The position numbers were made by a program, and so were the translations under genes. The notes under the pieces are model-generated. The model saw only the letters and a program-made list of their open reading frames with translations, searched no databases and was not told the origin of the DNA. A stretch of DNA of 64,000 nucleotides from an uncultured Burkholderiales bacterium (GTDB lineage: Bacteria > Pseudomonadota > Gammaproteobacteria > Burkholderiales > Burkholderiaceae_C), in NCBI GenBank assembly GCA_903949285.1, contig CAJAYT010000015.1:15843-79842 (forward strand), read 5' to 3'. Numbering within the stretch: position 1 is the stretch's first letter; each line of letters begins with the position of its first letter. Of this stretch, positions 43,456-51,627 are shown one piece after another.

Positions 43456-43477
43456 CTTGGATATTGGGAAACCAATT

Positions 43478-43551
43478 TGGTGCCGCTTGCGAGAATCGAA
43501 CTTGCGATTGATGATTACGAATCAACTGTTATACCACTTAACTAAAGCGGC
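43478..43551 (-). tRNA. tRNA-Thr(CGT), 74 nt with encoded CCA, atypical
   Basis: GCCGCTTTAGTTAAGTGGTATAACAGTTGATTCGTAATCATCAATCGCAAGTTCGATTCTCGCAAGCGGCACCA: perfect 7-bp acceptor stem, 4-bp D stem, CGT anticodon, TTCGA loop. One mismatch each in the anticodon and T stems. TATAAT at 43568-43573 upstream. Confidence 0.88.
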
Positions 43552-43780
43552 GCACCTGATTTTCTTAATTATATCTGTACCACTCAAATGCTACATTCGC
43601 TTAGACTATTTACGGCTATTGAAGCTCGTTCTTTATATGTTTATCCTTCAAGTTATATTGTTAACGCACCGTCTACGATCACCACGTAGGATCGGCTCAT
43701 ATGCAAAGCACTTGGCTATCTGAATCCACGCTTTGCTCATGTTGATTTTTTCAATTTTCACTCTTCTATTTTTATAAATA

Positions 43781-44332
43781 ATGCGTACTCAACTGATGAA
43801 GCTATTTTTGAATGTAATTGGTTTTCAAGCAGTTTGGTTCACATGTGCGTTCACAGTCAACTTAACCCCACCGTTTAATGTGATTTGGATAACTCTGGTT
43901 ACCTTTGGATTTATGGCTCAGCATATTTGCCTAAGTCATGAATGGCGCGTGGAATCTGACCTGATATTCAAAGTGTCCTTAATTGGATTTATTTTTGATA
44001 CCCTTCTTATACAAAACCACTTTATTTATTTTGAGGGATCCTATCCAGGCTACCTATCAGGAGTTCAGCCCTTTTGGATGACTTGCCTGTGGTTAAGCCT
44101 TGGGGCTTGCCTTAATCATTCTTTGGGATGGCTAAAGTCACTCATCAAATGGAGCAGTCTCATTGGTGCAGTAATGGGAACATTTTCTTACCTGGCAGGA
44201 GCCAAACTTGGCGTGCTTAGTTTCGGCTCCTCCCAAGCCGTCATGGCTACCGCGCTTGGCTGGGCGCTGACTCTACCAATCCTGACACTGCTGAGCAGGA
44301 ATCCTCCTCCAAAAGCTGAAATCCAACAATAG
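43781..44332 (+). CDS. DUF2878-family membrane protein
   Basis: NVIGFQAVW, GFIFDTLL, PFWMTCLW, LNHSLGWL and GTFSYLAG pattern. Confidence 0.8.
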   Translation: MRTQLMKLFLNVIGFQAVWFTCAFTVNLTPPFNVIWITLVTFGFMAQHICLSHEWRVESDLIFKVSLIGFIFDTLLIQNHFIYFEGSYPGYLSGVQPFWMTCLWLSLGACLNHSLGWLKSLIKWSSLIGAVMGTFSYLAGAKLGVLSFGSSQAVMATALGWALTLPILTLLSRNPPPKAEIQQ

Positions 44333-44366
44333 ATCAGCGCCTCACTCATGGTATTAACCCTATTTA

Positions 44367-44383
44367 CGATCGATGATCGATCG
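44367..44383. promoter_or_regulatory. Perfect 8-1-8 palindrome upstream of the first ABC cluster (possible operator)
   Basis: CGATCGAT-G-ATCGATCG. Confidence 0.4.
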
Positions 44384-44547
44384 CTATCTCTTGAATTCTC
44401 AGCTTAGTCTCTAAAATCACTTATTCAGCATCCTTAAAGCGCCTGTCATATACATATTGGACGCCCAATAACAATGAAAGTTTTTTTGGAAACCTCACCC
44501 TCTTTGCACCCCTGGTTTGAATACACGAATAAGATGGAGAAATACGC

Positions 44548-45423
44548 ATGAGTGACTTCCTACAACTACTGATGAGTGGCCTAGCAACGGGGAGTATTTA
44601 CGCCCTCGCTGCTTTGGGTTTTACGCTCCTCTGGCAAGCCTCTGGAACCATCAATTTCGCTCAAGGCGAGTTTGTGATGTTGCCAGCTTTCATCATGATC
44701 GTCCTCATGCAGATGGATGTTTCTTTTGTCGCAAGCGTTGCACTCACCTGCGCTTTATCTGTTTTTCTTCTTGGATGGCTTTTTAAACGCGGCCTAGTAG
44801 ACCCTTTGTTTAAATACGGCATGATGCCAATTGTTGTTGCAACGATCGGTTTATCGATTGCAATGCGAAACGGGGTGCGTGCAGGTTACAGCGCGCAGCC
44901 GCTGAATTTTCCTTCTCTATTTCCTGAAAATTTATACCATATCGCAGGAGTCACGATCTCTAATTCGGATATTGGGACCTTTGTGATGGCACTTGTGCTG
45001 GTTCTGCTGACTCAGGGATTCATCACAAAAACAGTCACAGGTCGGGCCATGCAAGCTGTGGCCCAAAACACTGAGAGCGCTGCAGTGTTGGGAATCAATG
45101 TTCCGCGAATGATTTTCTATACCTTTGCAATCAATGCTCTATTGGCTGTTGCTGCTGCGCTCTTGATCACACCCACCTACCTTGCCAAGTTTGATATGGG
45201 GGAGTCATTGGGCAACAAAGCCTTTTTTGCTGCAATCATTGGTGGCTTTAACAACTCCAACGGCGCGCTCTTAGGAGGCCTCTTAGTAGGGGTATGCGAG
45301 AACTTGGCTGCCGCCTATATCTCCCCGGCTTATAAAGACGCTGTCGCACTGCTTATTTTTATGGTCGTTATTCTCTTTAAACCGCAAGGTCTTTTGGGCC
45401 GCAAAGAGGAGCGCAAGGTATGA
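44548..45423 (+). CDS. LivH-like ABC transporter permease
   Basis: GLATGSIYALAALG, INFAQGEF, GRAMQAVAQN and AAIIGG. Confidence 0.92.
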   Translation: MSDFLQLLMSGLATGSIYALAALGFTLLWQASGTINFAQGEFVMLPAFIMIVLMQMDVSFVASVALTCALSVFLLGWLFKRGLVDPLFKYGMMPIVVATIGLSIAMRNGVRAGYSAQPLNFPSLFPENLYHIAGVTISNSDIGTFVMALVLVLLTQGFITKTVTGRAMQAVAQNTESAAVLGINVPRMIFYTFAINALLAVAAALLITPTYLAKFDMGESLGNKAFFAAIIGGFNNSNGALLGGLLVGVCENLAAAYISPAYKDAVALLIFMVVILFKPQGLLGRKEERKV

Positions 45424-46430
45424 AGAAACTTACACTTTTATTTATTTCTGCATGTATTGTTGCCCTCTTGATAGTACCCTTCTTCCTTAAAACCTATGGT
45501 GTACATCTCTTAACAACGTGGCTCATCTTTATCATCGCCACGATGGGGTTGAATCTAACAACGGGCTACGCGGGTCAAAAATCCCTGGGACAGGCGGCGT
45601 TCTTTGGGATCGGTGCCTACACAGTTGCTATCTTCTTAAAGATGGGTATCAGCTTTTGGCTAGGCCTACCTGTTGGCGCTTTGATTTGCTTCCTTGTTGG
45701 AGTGCTCCTTGGATTTCCAGCACTGCGTGTACAGACCATTTATTTGGCCTTTGCCACCCTTGGCTTTAATACTGCCATTTGGCTTGTCATGCGCAACGAA
45801 GAGTGGTTGACAGGAGGAACGTTTGGGATGAACAACATCGCGAGACCATCACTCTTAGATTTCAACTTGGACAATAACCGCAATTTTTATTTCCTGGTAC
45901 TTTTCGTCACGCTTGTCATGGCACTCCTCCTTTGGAAACTGATAGAGTCTCCGTGGGGTAAATCCTTCACCGCGCTCAGGGACAATCCGATCCGAGCTGA
46001 GAGTCTGGGCATACATATTCGCAAGTACACCTTAATGAGTTTTGCGATTGGTGCGGCCTACGCGGGTGTCGCAGGTGGCCTGTACGCTTGTTTGGTTCAG
46101 TTCATTGACCCAGCCCTCTTCACGGTCGGTGCCTCCATCATGATGTACTTGATGGTAGTGGTGGGTGGACCTGGCTACTTCTTTGGCCCCGTGCTCGGAA
46201 GTGCAGTCGGTGTAGTACTCCCCGAATGGCTTCGGTTTGCACAGGCTTGGTACCTCTTCATCTTTGGCACCGCAGTTATTTTATTGATGATTTGGCTACC
46301 CGATGGTCTGCTCAGCATACCGGAGCGACTGCGCTCCAAAAAACTAGCCAAAGAAGCCTCAAACGCACGTTCCTTGAAAGCCATTCATGCGCAACAAAGT
46401 TCAAACCAAGAAGGCGGTGTATCCCTATGA
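45420..46430 (+). CDS. LivM-like ABC transporter permease
   Basis: GYAGQKSLGQAAFFGIGAY, YLAFATL and ALRDNPIRAESLG. Confidence 0.92.
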   Translation: MKKLTLLFISACIVALLIVPFFLKTYGVHLLTTWLIFIIATMGLNLTTGYAGQKSLGQAAFFGIGAYTVAIFLKMGISFWLGLPVGALICFLVGVLLGFPALRVQTIYLAFATLGFNTAIWLVMRNEEWLTGGTFGMNNIARPSLLDFNLDNNRNFYFLVLFVTLVMALLLWKLIESPWGKSFTALRDNPIRAESLGIHIRKYTLMSFAIGAAYAGVAGGLYACLVQFIDPALFTVGASIMMYLMVVVGGPGYFFGPVLGSAVGVVLPEWLRFAQAWYLFIFGTAVILLMIWLPDGLLSIPERLRSKKLAKEASNARSLKAIHAQQSSNQEGGVSL

Positions 46431-47191
46431 ACGCCTACGATAAAAAAATGCACCCACTCCTAAAGGTAACTGATTTACACAAATCCTACGGCGCTATTCA
46501 AGCCGTAGCAGGCGTTTCTTTTGAAGTCACAGCGGGCGAGATCTTTGGAGTGATAGGGCCCAACGGTTCTGGTAAGACCACGCTCTTTAACAGCATGCTT
46601 GGACAAATCACACCCAACTCTGGACGCATAGAGCTAAACGGAAAAGATGTCACGAGTCTTTCCCCTTTAGAGCTCAATCACTTGGGGGTTGGGCGCACCT
46701 TTCAAACTCTGCAAGTGTTTGGGAAGATGAGTGTCAAAGATAACCTAATAGTCGCAGCCCAAGAGCATAAAGGGAGCATGCTCAGCAGAATATTTGCCCC
46801 CTCAGACTCAGGACTAGGAGAGCGCGCAGATGAGCTGATCCAACTCTTTAATCTGGGGCATGTTGCGCACAAAAGAGCCGGCGAGCTATCGTATGGTCAA
46901 CAAAAGTTAGTAGATATCGCAATGGCTTTTATGAGCGAGCCTGAGCTGGTGTTACTGGATGAACCCTGCGCGGGGGTCAACCCCTCCCTTGTCGGTGGAA
47001 TCAGCAAACTCCTGAAAGAGCTCAACCAAAGGCAAGGAGGCAGTTTCGTAGTCATTGAGCACAACATGGACTTTGTGATGGATCTGTGTCACAAAGTAAT
47101 GGTGATGGTTGAGGGGCGTGTACTTGCCGTTGGTACTCCGAGTGAAATCAGAGCAAACAAGCAAGTCCTTGATGCTTACTTGGGAAATTGA
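46427..47191 (+). CDS. LivG-like ABC transporter ATP-binding protein
   Basis: Walker A GPNGSGKT, LSYGQQK, LLDEP and IEHNM. Start moved to the ATGA overlap at 46427. Confidence 0.93.
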   Translation: MNAYDKKMHPLLKVTDLHKSYGAIQAVAGVSFEVTAGEIFGVIGPNGSGKTTLFNSMLGQITPNSGRIELNGKDVTSLSPLELNHLGVGRTFQTLQVFGKMSVKDNLIVAAQEHKGSMLSRIFAPSDSGLGERADELIQLFNLGHVAHKRAGELSYGQQKLVDIAMAFMSEPELVLLDEPCAGVNPSLVGGISKLLKELNQRQGGSFVVIEHNMDFVMDLCHKVMVMVEGRVLAVGTPSEIRANKQVLDAYLGN

Positions 47192-47194
47192 TCT

Positions 47195-47926
47195 ATGAAC
47201 AACAACTCTTGCATCGAATTCAATGATGTTTTGGCGGGCTACAAGGATTTCATGATCCTTAATAACCTGTCCTTTCAAGCCAAGCGAGGCTGCATTACTT
47301 TGCTGCTGGGTCCAAACGGAGCAGGCAAATCAACCGTACTGAAAACCCTTTTTGGATTGTTAAAACCCAGGACCGGACACATCTACTTGGACGGCGAAGA
47401 TATCACAGGCCTCAACCAAAAGGATCTGCTCGCCAAAGGGATTGCCTTTGTTCCACAGGGCAGAAACCTCTTTGGACAACTGAGTGTTTTTGAGAATTTA
47501 GAATTGGGCGGGATAACGCTTGGGATGAAGACCACCCATGAACGGATCCCTGAAGTGCTGGCGTTCTTTCCCCGTCTCAAAGAACGCCTGAACTCAATGG
47601 CAAGCTCTCTATCCGGAGGTGAGCAAAAGCAACTTGAGATTGGACGTGCACTACTTTTGCGCCCCAAAGTCATATTGATCGACGAGCCCTCCATTGGCCT
47701 GTCCCCGCTTGTGGTTCAAGATGTATTTAAACTCCTACGCCAACTCGCCGACCAAGGTACGACAGTTTTGATGGTTGAGCAAAATGTAAAAAGTGCGCTA
47801 AAGTACGCAGATGAAGCGATTGCCTTGGAATCAGGTCAAAAAGTGCTTCAAAAAGATGCCGCTGATTTACTCTCTGATCCCCACCTTGAGCGTCTATTCC
47901 TGGGCGCAGTGCAAGTCAACCCTTAA
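47195..47926 (+). CDS. LivF-like ABC transporter ATP-binding protein
   Basis: GPNGAGKS, LSGGEQKQLEIGRAL, IDEPSIGLSP and VEQN. Confidence 0.93.
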   Translation: MNNNSCIEFNDVLAGYKDFMILNNLSFQAKRGCITLLLGPNGAGKSTVLKTLFGLLKPRTGHIYLDGEDITGLNQKDLLAKGIAFVPQGRNLFGQLSVFENLELGGITLGMKTTHERIPEVLAFFPRLKERLNSMASSLSGGEQKQLEIGRALLLRPKVILIDEPSIGLSPLVVQDVFKLLRQLADQGTTVLMVEQNVKSALKYADEAIALESGQKVLQKDAADLLSDPHLERLFLGAVQVNP

Positions 47927-47985
47927 AGATTAATTCAAACTAATTATTCCCAATTCGCCCCCTTTTCCACCCGGAGTATCCCACC

Positions 47986-48864
47986 ATGTCAGACGCAGCA
48001 ACAAGTGCCCGCGAAGCGATTCCAGATAATTTAAATCCACTTGGAATGGAGGGCATTGAGTTCATCGAATACGCTACCTCCAAACCCCAAGCACTCGGAC
48101 AAGTGCTTGAGATGATGGGATTTAAACCCATCGCAAGACACCGCTCAAGGGAGGTAACGCTATACCGCCAAGGGGATATAAATATTATTATCAATGCGCA
48201 TGACGCAGGCCTCTCCCACCGCTCTAGCCCGACTGAGACGCCTGTTCTCGCAGCTATTGCACTGCGAGTTAGGGACGCCTCAACCGCTTACCAACGAGCC
48301 CTTGACTTAGGGGCTTGGGCTGTGCCTACGCAGGTCGAAGTCATGGAGCTGAACATACCCGCCGTTCACGGTGTTGGGTCTAGTCGCATTTATTTTGTGG
48401 ACCGCTACAAAGAGTTCTCGATCTACGATGTGGACTTCACCCCTATTCCCACTGTGGATCAACATCCCAGTGCGTTACACGATATCAAGCTCTTTGGAAT
48501 TGTTCAGTACATTGGTAACGACAGGGCTGAAGACTGGAGCGAGTTTTACTGCTCGCTCTTTGGCTTTGAAGTCCTCCCCGCTCAGACAAAGTTTGGCATC
48601 TTGCCCAAAGGCACTATCCTTCGCAGTCCCTGCCACCAATTCTTCTTGCAACTCATTGAGCCCGAGGCTGGGCTGCTAAGCGTGGATGAGGATGAGCGTT
48701 TTCAGCGTGTTGCCTTTAGCACGCCTAGCGTTTTCGAAGCAGTCAAAGACCTCAGAACCAAGGGGGTTGAATTCATTGAGTCTCCCACCGTTCACACAGA
48801 GGACAAAGGTGCACTGACGCGAACCTGGCTGGGTGCCATTAGCTTTGAGCTCGTTAAGCGTTAA
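47986..48864 (+). CDS. HPPD-like VOC-fold protein lacking the iron-binding histidines (QuiC1 C-terminal-domain-like)
   Basis: NPLGMEGIEFIEYA and RHRSREVTLYRQGDINIIINA are HPPD N-domain motifs. The expected IDH and QH ligand sites read LFG and QRV. Confidence 0.8.
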   Translation: MSDAATSAREAIPDNLNPLGMEGIEFIEYATSKPQALGQVLEMMGFKPIARHRSREVTLYRQGDINIIINAHDAGLSHRSSPTETPVLAAIALRVRDASTAYQRALDLGAWAVPTQVEVMELNIPAVHGVGSSRIYFVDRYKEFSIYDVDFTPIPTVDQHPSALHDIKLFGIVQYIGNDRAEDWSEFYCSLFGFEVLPAQTKFGILPKGTILRSPCHQFFLQLIEPEAGLLSVDEDERFQRVAFSTPSVFEAVKDLRTKGVEFIESPTVHTEDKGALTRTWLGAISFELVKR

Positions 48865-49811
48865 TGAAGGAATTATTTATGAACCCGATTATCGGAAACC
48901 TGTCAGACTTTGGGATGGATACCATCTCACTGGCAGGCACCCTAGAGTCAAAATTAAAAGCGATCAAGCAAGCTGGATTTAACCAGGTCATGCTGAACGC
49001 AAAAGACGTTGTGGGTCATGCACAAGGTTTAGATGCCGCCATTGAGGCCGTACAAAGCAGTGGCCTTCGTGTCACAGGCTTTCAGGTTTTAAGAGACTTT
49101 GAGGGTCTCAGTGGACACTTGCACGACTACAAGATCGATATAGCCAAGTCAATGCTGGAGATGTGTTCAGCACTCAACTCTAAAGTCTTACTGGTCTGCT
49201 CGTCAACCTCTACCCACGCAGCGCAGGACATCGATAGCTTGGCCAAGGACTTGAGGAAGCTTGCCATGCTAGCCGTCCCCAAAGGTATTAAAGTAGCCTA
49301 CGAGGGTCTCTCGTGGGGCAGAACGATCAATGAGTTTGCACAGGCCTGGGACGTAATTGAGAGAGCCGATATGCCAAACCTAGGCATTGGCATTGACTCC
49401 TTTCATATCCTAGCGACCAAGTCCTCCTTAGACGACCTGGAGATCATTGATCCAGAGAAAATTTTCTTAGTCCAACTCGCTGACTTTATGTGGCAAGAGA
49501 TACGCTCCGTAGAGGAGCGCATCACCACTGCCAGGCACTTTCGAGTATTTCCGGGAGAGGGCGTACACAGTGAATTTTTAGCCGACTTGGTGACCCGTTT
49601 GTACAAATTAGGGTACAGAGGGGACTATAGTTTTGAGGTCTTCAACGATGACTATCAACAGCTACCCCTCAACACCGTTGCTGCTCGAGCAATGCGGTGT
49701 GCACAGTGGCTGGGAGAGGACGTGCTCAAGCGCTCTGTTCCGCTTCCCAATAAAATCAGGTTGCACCCGAGCCAACGAATCCTAGCAAAACAAGGCGTTG
49801 CGCCTTCCTAA
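48864..49811 (+). CDS. Sugar-phosphate isomerase/epimerase-type TIM barrel, 3-dehydroshikimate dehydratase-like (QuiC1 N-terminal-domain-like)
   Basis: FQVLRDFEG, YEGLSWG, DSFH, FLVQLAD, RHFRVFPGEG and SFEVFND; TAATG overlap with the upstream gene. Confidence 0.8.
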   Translation: MKELFMNPIIGNLSDFGMDTISLAGTLESKLKAIKQAGFNQVMLNAKDVVGHAQGLDAAIEAVQSSGLRVTGFQVLRDFEGLSGHLHDYKIDIAKSMLEMCSALNSKVLLVCSSTSTHAAQDIDSLAKDLRKLAMLAVPKGIKVAYEGLSWGRTINEFAQAWDVIERADMPNLGIGIDSFHILATKSSLDDLEIIDPEKIFLVQLADFMWQEIRSVEERITTARHFRVFPGEGVHSEFLADLVTRLYKLGYRGDYSFEVFNDDYQQLPLNTVAARAMRCAQWLGEDVLKRSVPLPNKIRLHPSQRILAKQGVAPS

Positions 49812-50242
49812 CTTTTCTCAATAAACCCGTCCAATCTCTGAGGGTTCTCGCGTGTTTATATTCACATCCTCTTGATGGATCAAAGCATCTGCGCTTTTTT
49901 AGTTGGTTATCACGGTATTTAGACCCAGACCTACTGCGGGGGCTACAGCTCCTGGAAGGAATCTGTATTTTTGTGAAGAGCAAGCATAAAAGAGGAGCAG
50001 ACGCACAAAAATTACTGCTTAACTTTAAGGTGAATACTTAAGAATCCAGTCAATTTTTACGAACTCGCCAGTCCTAAAAACATACATTCTTTGGGTCAAA
50101 TTTCGGTAGATTCCCTCACCAGAAGATACACTTGAGGTCCATGTCTCCCAGAGTAGGATTTCAAGAAGGCTTAGGTAAAACGTACATTAAGTCTTTATTC
50201 AACATATACCTCCTCGGTCAAGCTCAAGGACACTGTTTAATT

Positions 50243-51505
50243 ATGACAACACCCTATTTCCAATTCGTTAAATCATTAACTCAGCGTATTTCTGTACTTT
50301 TGAGTTTTGCAGTGATCGGAGCCATTTCACTGGTAGCCTGGGGGGATGCGTTGGCGCAGTCACCCCAGAGCGCCCAACCCACCATCAAAATTGGAGAAAT
50401 CAACAGCTATAAAGCGCAACCTGCGTTTTTAACGCCTTACAAAAAGGGAATGGAGTTGGCAGTTGAAGAAATTAACGCTGCGGGGGGTATAAACGCAAGG
50501 AAATTAGAGCTATTCACGCGCGACGACAACGCCAATCCGGGGGACGCTGTGCGTGCTGCGCAGGAGCTCCTCGCGCACGAGCACGTTGACTTGATTGCAG
50601 GCGCTTACCTCTCCAATATTGGATTGGCTCTCGCAGATTTTGCGAAACAAAATAAAGTCTTCTATTTAGCTGGCGAGCCGTTGACAGACAAAATAGTTTG
50701 GGAAAACGGTAATCACTTCACCTTTCGCCTTCGTGCAAGCACGTACATGCAAGCTTCAATGCTTGTACCTGAGGCTGCTAAATTGAACAAAAAACGGTGG
50801 GCTATTGTTTATCCAAATTATGAATATGGACAATCAGCGGCTGCGACCTTTAAAGAGTTACTCAAGGCCGTACAACCTGGCGTAGAGTTCGTCACCGAAC
50901 AGGCTCCACCCCTTGGAAAGATAGATGCAGGCGCGGTGACGCAGGCTTTGGCAGATGCAAAACCCGACGCTATTTTTAACGTTCTCTTTGGTACCGATTT
51001 AACAAAGTTTGTCCGTGAAGGCAATACACGAAAGCTCTTCGAAGGCAAAGGTGTGGTGAGCCTGTTGACTGGTGAGCCCGAGTATTTGGACGCGCTGAAA
51101 GAGGAGACCCCAAACGGCTGGATAGTAACTGGTTATCCCTGGAGTGCGATCACAACGCCCGAGCATAAAGCGTTCCTCAAACTTTATAAAGACAAATACA
51201 ACGAATCTCCCCGCCTAGGATCAGTGGTTGGCTACACCTTGATTAAATCAATTGCAGAAGGGGCCAAAATTGCAGGGGGTGCTGATACCGAAAAACTCAT
51301 CACCGCTTTCTCAGGCATGAATGTGAGTACTCCGTTTGGGAAAATACTTTTTAGATCTGAAGACCATCAATCGACCATGGGAGCGTATGTCGGTCGACTG
51401 AGAAACGATAATGGACAAGGAATCATGGTGGACGCCAAGTACATGGATGGCGTAAATTTCTTGCCAACACCCTTTGAAGCTAAAAAACTAAGGCCCCAGA
51501 ACTAA
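50243..51505 (+). CDS. LivJ-type periplasmic substrate-binding protein
   Basis: N-terminal hydrophobic signal ending ALA, GMELAVEEINAAGG, RDDNANP and YPNYEYGQS. Start moved to ATG 50243. Confidence 0.9.
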   Translation: MTTPYFQFVKSLTQRISVLLSFAVIGAISLVAWGDALAQSPQSAQPTIKIGEINSYKAQPAFLTPYKKGMELAVEEINAAGGINARKLELFTRDDNANPGDAVRAAQELLAHEHVDLIAGAYLSNIGLALADFAKQNKVFYLAGEPLTDKIVWENGNHFTFRLRASTYMQASMLVPEAAKLNKKRWAIVYPNYEYGQSAAATFKELLKAVQPGVEFVTEQAPPLGKIDAGAVTQALADAKPDAIFNVLFGTDLTKFVREGNTRKLFEGKGVVSLLTGEPEYLDALKEETPNGWIVTGYPWSAITTPEHKAFLKLYKDKYNESPRLGSVVGYTLIKSIAEGAKIAGGADTEKLITAFSGMNVSTPFGKILFRSEDHQSTMGAYVGRLRNDNGQGIMVDAKYMDGVNFLPTPFEAKKLRPQN

Positions 51506-51627
51506 AACCGATGAGAGACGTTGGTGCTAAGCGCGCAATCTAAGGGGCGAGTAAGTGTGAACGTTGATCAGATCATTCACCTGCGTGACCTATGCTGCAC
51601 TCCAGTGACGTCTGACTCCTACACCCT

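Larger units (their letters stand above)
39350..43477. mobile_element. Relic genomic islet at the tRNA-Thr 3' end (no integrase; boundaries approximate)
   Basis: Visibly AT-richer than the flanks, abuts a tRNA 3' end, carries an antitoxin and a surface-protein gene, and has a tandem 11-mer next to the tRNA. No second att copy found by eye. Confidence 0.55.

Noticed and set aside
43451-43723. 90-aa ORF across the tRNA region
   Set aside because: It is antisense to the tRNA-Thr and has no recognisable motif.
46226-46426. Long N-terminal extensions in the ORF track (livG-like, nuoH, tsaD, rpsO, molybdoenzyme large subunit, binding protein, GlcG)
   Set aside because: These come from taking the first possible start; internal ATGs fit homologue starts or ATGA coupling better.
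49812-50242. Riboswitch, sRNA or small gene in the 430-bp spacer before the binding-protein gene
   Set aside because: I recognised no riboswitch consensus or credible ORF. An Rfam/Infernal search would be needed to exclude one.
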